DNA from: Scyliorhinus canicula
Lineage: Eukaryota
Length of the DNA: 64,000 nucleotides
Reading direction: 5' to 3'
Assembly (NCBI RefSeq): GCF_902713615.1
Contig: NC_052168.1
Location: 496,001 to 560,000 of the forward strand
The notes under the pieces: generated by a model
Told to the model about the DNA's origin: nothing
Seen by the model: the letters and a program-made list of their open reading frames with translations, nothing else
Database searches by the model: none
Made by a program: the position numbers and the translations under genes
In this document: positions 1 to 11,739 of the stretch, piece after piece
How positions within the stretch are numbered: the stretch's first letter is position 1
Layout of the letters: each line of letters begins with the position of its first letter

Positions 1-372
1 AAGTCCCGCCGCTGAGAGGCAAATCGCACCGATGTGGTTTCAACCACCTCTGGTGGCGGCGGGATTGGAAGTACGAGCGGGTCCCCCACGCGGTAGTGAA
101 TCCCCCTACCGCACATGTGCCGGTGGTGACGTCAGTGGCCACTAATGCACCGGCGCATGCGCGAACTGGCGAAGGCCTTTCGGCCAGTCCCGACGCCGGC
201 GGGCGGGCGTCAAAGGCCGTTGGCCCCGGCTTTGGCACCAGTCAGCGTGGCGCCAACCACTCCAGCACGGGGAGAATTCCGCACCTTTTGGGGAGGCCCG
301 ATTCCGGACTGGCTGGTGCCACTCCGCTACGCCAGGACCCCTCGCCCCGCTGGGTAGGGGAGAATCTCGCCA
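1..372. mobile_element. GC-rich interspersed repeat, probable non-autonomous DNA transposon end (truncated by window edge)
   Basis: Abrupt CpG-rich block ending in GGAGAATCTCGCC, similar to the termini of the GC-rich element at 40701-42191; no coding signal. Confidence 0.4.
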
Positions 373-1197
373 AGATCTCGCCAAGGGAAATCTCGATTCA
401 CAACTCCTGAGATTTTGTGCTTGTGTCCCTGTTTTTGCTCAGACCAGACCACAGGTGTAAAATCACCCTCAGCCAGGAATCTACGGAATCCCTCAAAAAA
501 CCTCCCCTACCAGGAATAAACTAACTCAGCACAATGATATTCCTGGTTTCATGGACTGAGCATTAACATAATTAACAAAGTAAAGGTTCTGCTTCACAGA
601 AATATTATCCAACAAAAGCTGACATCAAGCCACTGAAGGAAATAGTACAAGGATTCGAAAAGAAATGAAATCTGAGGGAGACATTGGGGTGGTGATAATG
701 TCACTGGATTCAGAGACCCAGCAATACTCTGGGGACAAGGCCTCAAATCTCATCACAGCAGCTGGTGCATTTTGAATATTAGTTAATAAATTTGATATAT
801 TTAGTCATCATGAAACTATTAATTGTTGTAAAAACTTATCTGTTTCTCTCGTTTGCCTCAGGGCATGAAAGCTGCCATCCTTACTTAATCTAGCCTACAT
901 GTCTGGGCCCACAGTGATGTGTTAACTGCCCTCTGAAATGGCCCAGCAAGGACAGTTAGGGATGGGCAACAAATGCTGGTCTTTCCAACGACACCCACAG
1001 GAAAATAAACAAACCAAAAACATTGAATCAAGAATTTCCTGGACTAACAGCCAATGAAGACAAGGATGATTGGTGAATGAGACATTATTTCAAGTTCGTG
1101 TCAGGGTTAATTACTATGCCAGGGTTGGGATCTGTTTTAGAATCAGACATGGCCAGAAAGATAAAGAGAATTAGAGTTGTTGAGAATGGAGCTGGTT

Positions 1198-1554
1198 AAC
1201 GTTGAGGCCTGGATCAATGACATGGCGGGGTTTATCAAATTGGAAAGGGTGAAATTTGCTTTGAGGGGGTCGGTACAGGGGTTTTTCAAGCGGTGGCAAC
1301 CGTTCCTAGGCGTCCTGGCAGAACGGTAGACAACGATCAGTGGCAGCAGCAACCCGGGGTGGGGGGTTTATTTCAGTTTTGTTTCTATATATTGGAGGTT
1401 ATGTCTGGGTGTATATATTTGCTACGTGTTTGGGCGGGTGTTAATTTATTATTTTTGTTATTGAGTTTCCTTTACATTTTTTGCATTTTGTACTTTATAT
1501 TTTTGTTGTTGATGTTTTGTGAAAACTTTAATAAAAATTATTTTTTTTTAAAAA
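1198..1554 (+). mobile_element. 5'-truncated L1-clade LINE 3' end with 16-bp TSD
   Basis: Perfect TSD GAGAATGGAGCTGGTT at 1182-1197 and 1555-1570; encodes ORF2-like C-terminus NVEAWINDMAGFIKLERVKFALRGSVQGFFKRWQPFL...; T-rich 3'UTR, AATAAA and A tail. Confidence 0.85.
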
Positions 1555-2041
1555 GAGAATGGAGCTGGTTTTGTGACAGTGATCAAGGCAATGATGTCAG
1601 TCTACCAATCATTGTCAGGATTCTCTGCTCATCCAAAGCTGATGCCAGACAAACTTTGTGACAAATCAGAGGCAGGAGGGATTGAGCTAATGGCTGGTAG
1701 AGCAGCCATTACACGTTAGTTACTGTTAACATTTCTTTGAAGTAAAAACAGAATTCCCAAAGCATTTGCTAATTAATAGGAAGAGATTATCCATTGGTCC
1801 GAGATACATTGTGCACATCACATCAAATAGACCTTCGTTGGTTCGGAGTTGAGTGCATTTCATTATCTGGTTACTCACTGCCCCGGAGATTAATGGCTAC
1901 ATAGTCAGTAGCTCAGTGCATTACATTAAATGGTTACATATTGACCATGATCTGAATGCAGTTATTAATTTACCAGGAGCTAAATGTGTTACATTAAACA
2001 GGTTATTCACTGCTTATTATAAATTATACTGATTTACAAAC

Positions 2042-2125
2042 CCGTCTTTCAGGAAAATCGTCATCATCCTCCTCAATAACCTCCCTCTCAGACAGGATTG
2101 TATCTCCGGTAATGTCATCAGTTTC
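2042..2125 (-). CDS. DKK3/DKKL1: Dickkopf-3/DKKL1-like gene, third visible coding exon (ETDDITGDTILSEREVIEEDDDDFPERR)
   Basis: Acceptor ttttattttag, donor CGG|gtttgt, 84 nt, phase 0-0; resembles DKK3 ITNNQTGQMVFSETV...EEGRRSH and DKKL1 MTDNKTGEVLISE; joins in frame to exon 21146-21280. Confidence 0.8.
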
Positions 2126-2726
2126 CTAAAATAAAATACAAAAAGCTCAGAATGTTACTGATAGAATAACACAAATGGTTTGTGAAAAATTCCCACAGAA
2201 TATGTTCAAACCCACATGCCAGACATCGGTAACCTTACCAGCAAAGAGTGATTTAATGTTACCAGTTTGTCTGAGATAGATTGTGTGAAGAGATTGGCAT
2301 CAACATTTAATCCAGACAAACTGTAGAAAAGTAAAACAGACAGAAATTTGTTTCTGTCAGTCTATAATTACTTTGAGATATTAGCAAGTTCATGAATACA
2401 GGTTTTTTAGTATCACTGTGCTCTACCATTCTCAGAGATGGGTGAAGTTATTGTTTGTGAAAATGATCATGTACAGGTTGATGATACCGTTACCTTCACA
2501 CCATCTGCAAAGTGCTTCAACCTGTACCTCCTTCATTTCCACTTCCCACACAAACCTTCCTTGAGTTTGACCGAAGAAAACTGGCACATTAATACTGCAA
2601 GAAATTTGGATGAGTGACAGAAAGACACGCCCCTTACTGATGATAATTATTGTTGGCAACATGCAGATACTCTTTTCCTTCATTTCAAACTGAACACAAA
2701 CACAGATACAAAATGTGAAAATTAGG

Positions 2727-4850
2727 AACATAGAACATTACAGCGCAGTACAGGCCCTTCGGCCCTTGATGTTGCGCCGACCTGTGAAACTCCTCAAAAG
2801 CCCATCTACACTATTTCCTTATCATCCATATGCCTATCCAATGACCATTTAAATGCCCTTAGTGTTGGCGAGTCCACTACTGTTACAGGCAGGGCATTCC
2901 ACACCCTTACTACTCTCTGAGTAAAGAACCTACCTCTGACATCTGTCCTATATCTATCTCCCCTCAATTTAAAGCGATGTTCCCTCATGCTGGACATCAC
3001 CATCCGAGGAAAAAGGCTCTCATTGTCCACCCTATCTAATCCTCTGATCATCTTGTATGCCTCAATTAAGTCACCTCTTAACCTTCTTCTCTCTAATGAA
3101 AACAGCCTTAAGTCCCTCAGCCTTTCCTCATAAGATCTTCCCTCCATACCAGGCAGCATCCTGGTAAATCTCCTCTGCACCCTTTCCAATGCTTCCACAT
3201 CCTTCCTATAATGCAGCGACCAGAATTGCACGCAATACTCTAAATGTGGCCGCACCAGAGTTTTGTACAGCTGCAACATGACTTCATGGCTCCGAAACTC
3301 AATCCCTCTACCAATAAAAGCTAACACACCGTACGCCTTCTTAACAACCCTCTCAACCTGGCTGGCAACTTTCAGGGATCTATGTACATGGACACCGAGA
3401 TCTCTCTGCTCATCCACACTACCAAGAATCTTACCATTATCCCAGTACTCTGTCTTCCTGTTATTCCTTCCAAAATAAATTACCTCACACTTTTCTGCAT
3501 TAAACTCCATTTTCCACCTCTCAGCCCAGCTCTGCAGCTTATCTATGTCACTCTGTAACTTGTAACATCCTTCTGCACTGTCTACAATTCCACCGACTTT
3601 AGTGTCATCTGCAAATTTACTCACCCATCATTCTACGCCATCTCCAGGTCATTTATAAAAATGACAAACAGCAGTGGCCCCAAAACAGATCCTTGTGGTA
3701 CACAGGGCCGGCTCAAGGCACCGGCAACTCGGGCTGTCGCCCGGGGCGCCATGTGCTCGGGGGCGCCAGAGACTCGGTCCCGCGCATGCGCAGTTGGGCC
3801 GGTGCCAACCAGCGCATGCGCGGTGGCCCCCCGGCTCGCTCCGCCCCCCCCGCTCGGTCCCCCCCCCCGCCCCCCTCGGGTCCGCCCCCCTGCCCCGCCC
3901 TCGGGTCCGCCCCCCCGCCCCGCCCTCGGGTCCGCCCGCCCCCCGCGTCCGCCCCCCCGCGTGTCCACCCCCCCCGCGGGTCCGCCCCTCCTCGGCCCCG
4001 CCCCCCCTCGGGTCCGCCCCTCCTCGGCCCCGCCACCCCGCCTCGCCCCCCCCCCCCCCGCCCCCCCCCCTCGGCCCCGCCCCCCCTCGCCCCCCCCCCC
4101 CTCGGCCCCACCCCCCCTCGGCCCCGGCCCCGCCCCCCCCAGCCCCCCCCCGGCCCCGCCCCGCCCCAAGGGCGCCGAAGTTCAGCTTGCTCGGGGCGCC
4201 AGCAACCCTAGAGCTGGCGCTGGTGGTACACCACTAGTAACTGGACTCCAGGCTGAACATTTTCCATCAACCACCACCCTCTGTCTTCTTCCAGCTAGCC
4301 AATTTCTGATCCAAACTGCTAAATCACCCTCAATCCCCAGCCTCCGTATTTTCTGCAATAGCCTACCGTGGGGAACCTTATCAAACGCTTTACTGAAATC
4401 CATATACACCACATCAACTGCTTTACCCTCGTCCACCTGTTTGGTCACCTTCTCAAAGAACTCAATAAGTTTTGTGAGGCACGACCTACCCTTCACAAAA
4501 CCATGTTGACTATCTCTAATCAAATTATTCCTTTCCAGGTGATTATACATCCTATCAATTATAAACCTTTCCAATACTTTGCCCGCAACAGAAGTAAGGC
4601 TCACTGGTCTATAGTTACCGGGGTTATCTCCACTCCCCTTCTTGAACAAGGGGACAACATTTGCTATCCTCCAGTCTTCTGGCACTATTCCTGTAGCCAA
4701 TGATGACATAAAGATCAAAGCCAAAGGCTCAGCAATCTCCTCCCTAGCTTCCCAGAGAATCTTAGGATAAATCCCATCCCAGGGGATTTATCTATTTTAA
4801 CACTTTCCAGAATCGTTAACACCTCCTCCTTATGAACCTCAAACCCTTCT
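2727..4850 (-). mobile_element. CR1-clade LINE (HER1-like), 5'-truncated ORF2 RT region, interrupted by a hAT MITE
   Basis: ORFs 4182-4724 and 2806-3624 carry NYRPVSLTS, QHGF, DFSKAFDKVPH, VPQGSVLGP, KFADDTK; 3' tail ...TGTTCTATGTTC; close sister copy at 25127-26963. Confidence 0.95.
3703..4222. mobile_element. Non-autonomous hAT DNA transposon (MITE) with C-rich internal repeats
   Basis: 8-bp TSD GTGGTACA (3695-3702, 4223-4230); TIRs CAGGGCCGGCTCAAGG / CAGCGCCAGCTCTAGG (13/16); sister LINE has a single GTGGTACA near 26114. Confidence 0.9.
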
Positions 4851-5586
4851 AGATTAAGCAGAGATTAACAGAGACCACCTAAAATGGTGAATTTATTTGC
4901 ACTGAGTTCACAATCGCTAAAATCAACAACAATTTTCACTGACATAGTAAAAGTCTCATGCTGCTTTCTGGGAACATTAACAAAATGTTAAACTGGTGCT
5001 AATTTTGGAGATCACAGAACAAGTGAGTAAAACCTTGTTTGAGTTAGGTTTTAAGGAGTGTGATCAAGAAAGGGAGCGAGCTGGAGACGTTTAGGAAGGA
5101 AATTGTGGAGCTGAGGGTCTCGGTGCTGTAACCAGTGGCTGAATGGTTCAAATCAGATGGAGAAGCAGCCAGAATTGGGGAACACAAAGATCATGCAGGG
5201 TTGTCGGGCGAGATGAGATTGCAAAGAATGGGAAGGAATTGTAAAGAAATAGGAGAAGGCACAGTTTAGGAAAGTCTGTGCTTTTTGAGAGTTTAGTCAG
5301 GCTTTCATCCACTGAGGACACGAGATGTACTTTGTGGTTCCAGCTTTCTGGAGCTGTGTTTGGTTCTGGCACTAAGATACACCACACTGTCACACTGTAG
5401 GCTGAGGGACTGGGCAGATTCTCCCATGGTGATGATCTCATCCAGCTGCACCTGCTCCATGGGTGGGTGGTACGATCCTACATGGTGTGAATAAGCACAC
5501 GGATTCAGCGTCCTCTCAGTGTGATCCTGTTTATATTGTTCAGTCGCCCCAATCCTGTAAAATGTTTCAGGAACTTTTGTTCTTAA

Positions 5587-5889
5587 GGGCAGCACGGTAG
5601 CATGGTGGATAGCACAATTGCTTCACAGCTCCAGGGTCCCAGGTTCGATTCCGGCTTGGGTCACTGTCTGTGCAGAGTCTGCACGTCCTCCCCGTGTGTG
5701 CGTGGGTTTCCTCCGGGTGCTCCGGTTTCCTCCCACAGTCCAAAGATGTGCAGGTTGGGTGGATTGGCTATGATAAATTGCCCTTAGTGTCCAAAATTCT
5801 ATGATCTATGATTAACCTAGGACAAAAGTTCGGCACAACATGGTGGGCCGAAGGGCCTGTTCTGTGCTGTATTTCTCTATGTTCTATGA
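5587..5889 (+). mobile_element. tRNA-derived V-SINE (HE1-like) with CR1-type 3' tail
   Basis: B box GGTTCGATTCC, V-domain core GTGGGTTTCCTCCGGGTGCTCCGGTTTCCTCCCAC, tail GGGCCGAAGGGCCTG...TATGTTCTATG shared with the CR1 3' end. Confidence 0.9.
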
Positions 5890-7978
5890 GCCAGGCCCTT
5901 GCAGGATGACTTTGGCAATCTTCTATAGCGGGTTAAGATCAACATAGGATTTGTGGCTCAGTTAAACACAGCTGGTTGTAGATCACAGAGGGTTTAATGG
6001 ATTGTTTTATTCTTGTATCTCAGTGTCACTGGTAGGATGACTTTCACGGGAGGGTTAAACCTCCTGCCACTTATCGGGATTCTATGATCGATGTTAGCTG
6101 CCAAAATGCCTGTATTCCAAACGGAGAGCCAAGGTCTTTATCCTCACCCAAAAAGCTGTCTCGGGGCTTATGTGAATTTCAGAGTTTTTGCCCTGCACAG
6201 TTTGCTTTAATGTCCAATCCTATGGCACTGATAGCCTGAACTTGCTTAGCATGATGTAGCCTGTGGGGGCGCTCTGTTCCACAGCATTGGAATGGTGGTT
6301 CTTGCTGGCTGGTTTGGGTATGGATGTCCCTGGCCTGGAATGCCCCGTGCCTGTGTTTCTGGATGAGCTGAACTGTGGGATGGTCTCTGCACCAGTTTAT
6401 TTTATCCCCTTAAAATGGTTGTGCACGTCACAGAGTTCTGACTGCCTATCGATCTGGATTACACCTGCCTTTGCTTGGATGCCACATGCCCGTCTTCTCC
6501 CCACCCCAGGCACATTGGGATAAAGATACTTTCCACAAATCAGCTTAACATGACATAAACTTATTGAAATCAGCATGACCAGTGGTGCAGGACATCACAC
6601 TCATATTACTGACCAACAGATCTCGGGACAGAGTAAAAACTGACCAACAGATCTCGGGACACAGTAAAAACTGACCAACAGATCTCAGGACACAGTAAAA
6701 ACTGACCAACAGATCTCGGGACACAGTAAAAACTGACCAACAGATCTCAGGACACAGTAAAAACTGACCAACAGATCTCAGGACACAGTAAAAACTGACC
6801 AACAGATCTCAGGACACAGTAAAAACTGACCAACAGATCTCAGGACACAGTAAAAACTGACCAACAGATATCAGGACACAGTAAAAACTGACCAACAGAT
6901 CTCAGGACACAGTAAAAACTGACCAACAGATCTCAGGACACAGTAAAAACTGACCAACAGATCTCAGGACACAGTAAAAACTGACCAACAGATCTCAGGA
7001 CACAGTAAAAACTGACCAACAGATCTCAGGGCACAGTAAAAACTGACCAGATCTCAGGACACAGTAAAAACTGACCAACAGATCTCAGGACATAGTAAAA
7101 ACTGACCAACAGATCTCAGGACACAGTAAAAACTGACCAACAGATCTCAGGACACAGTAAAAACTGACCAGATCTCAGGACACAGTAAAAACTGACCAAC
7201 AGATCTCAGGACACCGTAAAAACTGACCAACAGATCTCAGGACACAGTAAAAACTGACCAACAGATCTCAGGACATAGTAAAAACTGACCAACAGATCTC
7301 AGGACACAGTAAAAACTGACCAACAGATCTCAGGACACAGTAAAAACTGACCAACAGATCTCGGGACACAGTAAAAACTGACCAACAGATCTCAGGACAC
7401 AGTAAAAACTGACCAACAGATCTCAGGACACAGTAAAAACTGACCAACAGATCTCAGGGCAAAGTAAAAACTGACCAACAGATCTTGGGACACAGTAAAA
7501 ACTGACCAACAGATCTCAGGGCACAGTAAAAACTGACCAACAGATCTCAGGACACAGTAAAAACTGACCAGATCTCAGGACACAGTAAAAACTGACCAGC
7601 AGATCTCAGGACACAGTAAAAACTGACCAACAGATCTCGGGACACAGTAAAAACTGACCAACAGATCTCAGGACATAGTAAAAACTGACCAACAGATCTC
7701 GGGACACAGTAAAAACTGACCAACAGATCTCAGGACACAGTAAAAACTGACCAACAGATCTCGGGACACAGTAAAAACTGACCAACAGATCTCAGGACAC
7801 CGTACAAACTGACCAACAGATCTCAGGGCACAGTAAAAACTGACCAACAGATCTCAGGGCACAGTAAAAACTGACCAACAGATCTCAGGACACAGTAAAA
7901 ACTGACCAGCAGATCTCAGGACACAGTAAAAACTGACCAACAGATCTCAGGACACAGTAAAAACTGACCAACAGATCT

Positions 7979-8180
7979 CAGTAAGTAGTCTTACAACACC
8001 AGGTTAAAGTCCAACAGGTTTGTTTCGAATCACTCGCTTTCGGAGCACAGCTCCTTCCTCAGGTGAATCATTCACCTGAGGAAAGCTAGTGATTCGAACC
8101 AAACCTGTTGGACTTTAACCTGGTGTTGTAAAGACTTCTTACTGTGCCCACCCCAGCCCAGTGCCCACATCTCCACACCA
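7979..8180. mobile_element. Penelope-like element terminus as an inverted (palindromic) pair
   Basis: Arms 7979-8068 and 8070-8144 are inverted about C8069, followed by a tail on one arm; CAGATCTCAG duplicated on both sides; hammerhead motif inside. Confidence 0.75.
8031..8065 (-). ncRNA. Minimal type I hammerhead ribozyme motif (probably inactivated)
   Basis: CAC-CTGAGGA-A-GGAGC tgt GCTCC-GAAA-GCGA-GTG: CUGANGA and GAAA cores, 5-bp helix II, CAC/GTG helix I; cleavage-site U replaced by G relative to the sister arm (GAAAGCTAGTG). Confidence 0.65.
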
Positions 8181-9399
8181 CAGATCTCAGGACATAATAA
8201 AAACTGACCAACAGACCTCGAGGCACAGTAAAAACTGACCAACAGATCTCAGGACACAGTAAAAACTGACCAACAAATCTCAGGACACAGTAAAAACTGA
8301 CCAACAGATCTCAGGACACAGTAAAAACTGACCAGATCTCAGGGCACAGTAAAAACTGACCAACAGATCTCAGGACACAGTAAAAACTGACCAGATCTCG
8401 GGACACAGTAAAAACTGACCAACAGATCTCAGGACACAGTAAAAACTGACCAACAGATCTCAGGGCACAGTAAAAACTGACCAGATCTCAGGACACAGTA
8501 AAAACTGACCAACAGATCTCAGGGCATAATAAAAACTGACCAACAGACCTCGAGGCACAGTAAAAACTGACCAACAGATCTCAGGACACAGTAAAAACTG
8601 ACCAACAGATCTCAGGACACAGTAAAAACTGACCAGATCTCAGGGCACAGTAAAAACTGACCAACAGATCTCAGGACACAGTAAAAACTGACCAACAGAT
8701 CTCGGGACACAGTAAAAACTGACCAGATCTCAGGACACAGTAAAAACTGACCAACAGATCTCAGGACACAGTAAAAACTGACCAACAGACCTCGAGGTAC
8801 AGTAAAAACTGACCAGATCTCAGGACACAGTAAGAACTGACCAACAGACCTCGAGGCACAGTAAAAACTGACCAACAGATCTCAGGACACAGTAAAAACT
8901 GACCAACTGATCTCAGGACATAGTAAAATCTACATATGCCAAGAAAATACAAGAGAAATGTGCAAACAGGTAAAAAGGGTTAAAAGATGTGCAGAGCAGG
9001 AGCTCTCGAAAACACAGCCACCCGCACTCATATCAGATGACCCCCCCACCTAGGAGTTAAGATTTTTAAGTCTACACATTCACAACCTTCTTCCATTCTG
9101 TGCACTGACCTCTGGCATAACGAGACAATGCTAACTGGAGTAAGCAACCTTTAAACACACCTGAAGTAACTGCGAGGACATTTTCACACGCCGCTGAGTA
9201 ACATTTTTTTTTAAAGATTTACACTAATGAGTATTCAAGACATGTAACACATATGAGCTCACTAAAGGTCAGCATGAAGCCCACCGTGCTGCTAGCTGAA
9301 CCCACCAATGGGAAATTGAAGTTTTGCACACTGCCCATCAGTCACCATATATTTCCTGCTTTTAAAATCAAACTCCGACAAGTCTTACAGTCCCAGCAA

Positions 9400-9816
9400 C
9401 CAGGGATCAGTCAGTTTAACTGGTGGGCAAGCTTCCAAAATTAGTCACAAGGAGAGATGTGGGTTGATTAGAAAGAGCCAGCATGAATTTATAAAAGGGA
9501 AAATTGTGTTTAACGAGCTCACTGGAGATTTTTGGGGTCACAGAAAGGGTCGATGAGGGTAATGTTGTTGATGGGGTGTACATGGACATTCGGAAGGCAT
9601 TCAATACAGTGCCACAAAACAGCCTTGTGAGAAAAGGGAGAGTGGCAATGCGGATACAAAACTGACTGAATAATAGGAAGCAGAGAGGAATGATCAATAG
9701 ATATTTTTCGGGCTGAAGGAAGGTTTGTAGTAGCGTTCCCCAGGTGCCAGTATTGGGACCGTTACTTTTCCTGATACATATTAACGATCTAGATCATGGT
9801 GTGCAGGGAACTATTT
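9400..9816 (+). mobile_element. Old CR1 LINE RT fragment (left part, continues at 15428)
   Basis: Degenerate QH..KGK, VDGVYMD..KAF, VPQ..VLGP and INDLDHGVQG motifs. Confidence 0.75.
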
Positions 9817-10142
9817 ATTGTTTTGTTTTGAAAGGATTTTTATTGAAATCATTTTAATTTTCACAAAATAACAATTATATAATATAAAATAGATGCTTCA
9901 AGTTACAGTGGAAAAAGAGCACAATCAATAATCAGAAACACATCCTATTTAATCCCCCACCCCCCCCCCCACCCACAACATTAAACTAAAACCCCCTTAA
10001 CAACTGACGATGACCCACTCTTTAAAAAAAAATGAACAGCTGCCATCTTCAGCAGAACCCGTCTCCCGGCCCCCTCATGGTGTACTTGACCTTCTCCAAG
10101 ATCACCCAATCAGGCCGAGGCACTGGGTGGAGTAGGAGGCCT

Positions 10143-10432
10143 CCACCCAAGCATAACTCCACCCAAGCATAACACCACCCAAGCATAACACCACCCAAGC
10201 ATAACTCCACCCAAGCATAACTCCACCCAAGCATAACTCCACCCAAGCATAACACCACCCAAGCATAACTCCACCCAAGCATAACTCCACCCAAGCATAA
10301 CACCACCCAAGCATAACACCACCCAAGCATAACTCCACCCAAGCATAACACCACCCAAGCATAACTCCACCCAAGCATAACTCCACCCAAGCATAACACC
10401 ACCCAAGCATAACTCCACCCAAGCATAACTCC
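10143..10432. repeat. 16-bp minisatellite CCACCCAAGCATAAC(T/A), about 18 units
   Basis: Direct inspection. Confidence 0.97.
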
Positions 10433-10486
10433 AGGCTATCAATGAAGCAAAGACGAAGACAAAATGTCTTCACCCCCGTCTGCAGC

Positions 10487-10882
10487 ACCAGCTAGTCCAA
10501 TACCCCGAGAATGGTCACCAGCTAGTCCGATACCCCGAGAATGGTCACCAGCTAGTCCAATACCCCGAGAATGGTCACCAGCTAGTCCGATACCCCGAGA
10601 ATGGTCACCAGCTAATCCGATACCCCGAGAATGGTCACCAGCTAGTCCGATACCCCGAGAATGGTCACCAGCTAGTCCGATACCCCGAGAATGGTCACCA
10701 GCTAGTCCGATACCCCGAGAATGGTCACCAGCTAGTCCAATACCCCGAGAATGGTCACCAGCTAGTCCAATACCCCGAGAATGGTCACCAGCTAGTCCAA
10801 TACCCCGAGAATGGTCACCAGCTAATCCGATACCCCGAGAATGGTCACCAGCTAATCCGATACCCCGAGAATGGTCACCAGC
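10487..10882. repeat. 30-bp minisatellite CCAGCTAGTCCGATACCCCGAGAATGGTCA, about 13 units
   Basis: Direct inspection. Confidence 0.97.
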
Positions 10883-11739
10883 GGACATCGCTCCAGATCT
10901 AAGAATCTCTGACATGGTGTTGAAGAAGGAGATCCAAAGTTAATAACCTGGGACATGGCCGGAACATATGCATATGGGTAGCCAACCCCTGAGGACACCT
11001 CTCACATTTATTGTCCACCCTGAAAAGAACACTCATCCTCGACAGGTGAGCCCCGTGCACCACCTTTAACTGGATCAAACAAAGGACGTTGAGTTGAGCC
11101 TAAGCCTCATGGAGTGGACCTGACAAAGAACCTCACTTCACACCTCATCCAGAACACAACCCAATTCACATTCCAATTTCACCTCCATCTCATTTAATGG
11201 AGACAACTCTGCTGATAGGATCTGGCTGTACGTACCTGAAATATTCCACCAACCAAACCTGGCCAAAGATAAAATCCTGGGAGTGGGGGGGGGGGGAGAA
11301 ATCTTGCAGGGGAGAATGGAAGTGAGGCAGATACTAATGCACCCAAACTAGAGTCCCCACAAGAATGGGCCTCCACTTTCCCCCATGTGGAATTCGGGTC
11401 ACGAAGCCTCCCCAGCACTTTCTCAATATTGGCCAGACCAATGATAAAATAACAAATTGGGTAAAGCTACATTTGCCCGTCCCAATAAAAGGGGACACAA
11501 ATTTATTAACTCTGATAAAGAAAGATTTGGGGAGAAAAGTGGAGATATATTGAAAATGATATAAAAACCTTGGGAGGACATTCATTTGAACAGTCTGAAC
11601 ACTGCCCTCCAAGGACAAGGGGAGGTTGTTTCATTTTCAAGTCAGATTCGACCCCATTAATCAGACTAATATCCTGTAATTTATGAGGCGAGGCCCAGTC
11701 ATGGGCCACCCTGATACCCAGACAACATTCCAAGCGATT

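Larger units (their letters stand above)
6608..8928. repeat. 31-bp minisatellite (GACACAGTAAAAACTGACCAACAGATCTCAG) with 28-bp deletion variants, about 70 units
   Basis: Direct inspection; interrupted at about 7980-8180. Confidence 0.97.

Noticed and set aside
1-2041. Cys-rich Dickkopf exon
   Set aside because: Not found by eye on the minus strand; beyond the left edge if it exists
2239-2320. Minus-strand 82-nt segment with good acceptor and donor (ttttctacag ... CTG|gtaagg)
   Set aside because: Stop codon when entered in phase 0 and no DKK similarity; at most a cryptic or poison exon
2432-2731. 99-aa minus-strand ORF near the DKK-like exon
   Set aside because: No recognisable homology, and the DKK exon structure needs no exon here
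5305-5595. Exon-like minus-strand ORF (IGATEQYKQDH...)
   Set aside because: No homology, weak donor and incompatible phase
5587-5660. tRNA-like A/B box sequences (this and other SINE heads)
   Set aside because: They continue into the V-SINE core and lack a complete cloverleaf, so they are not tRNA genes
6608-8928. CRISPR-like appearance of regular 30-bp repeats (also 10487 and 44133)
   Set aside because: Head-to-tail units with no unique spacers, no cas genes, eukaryotic context
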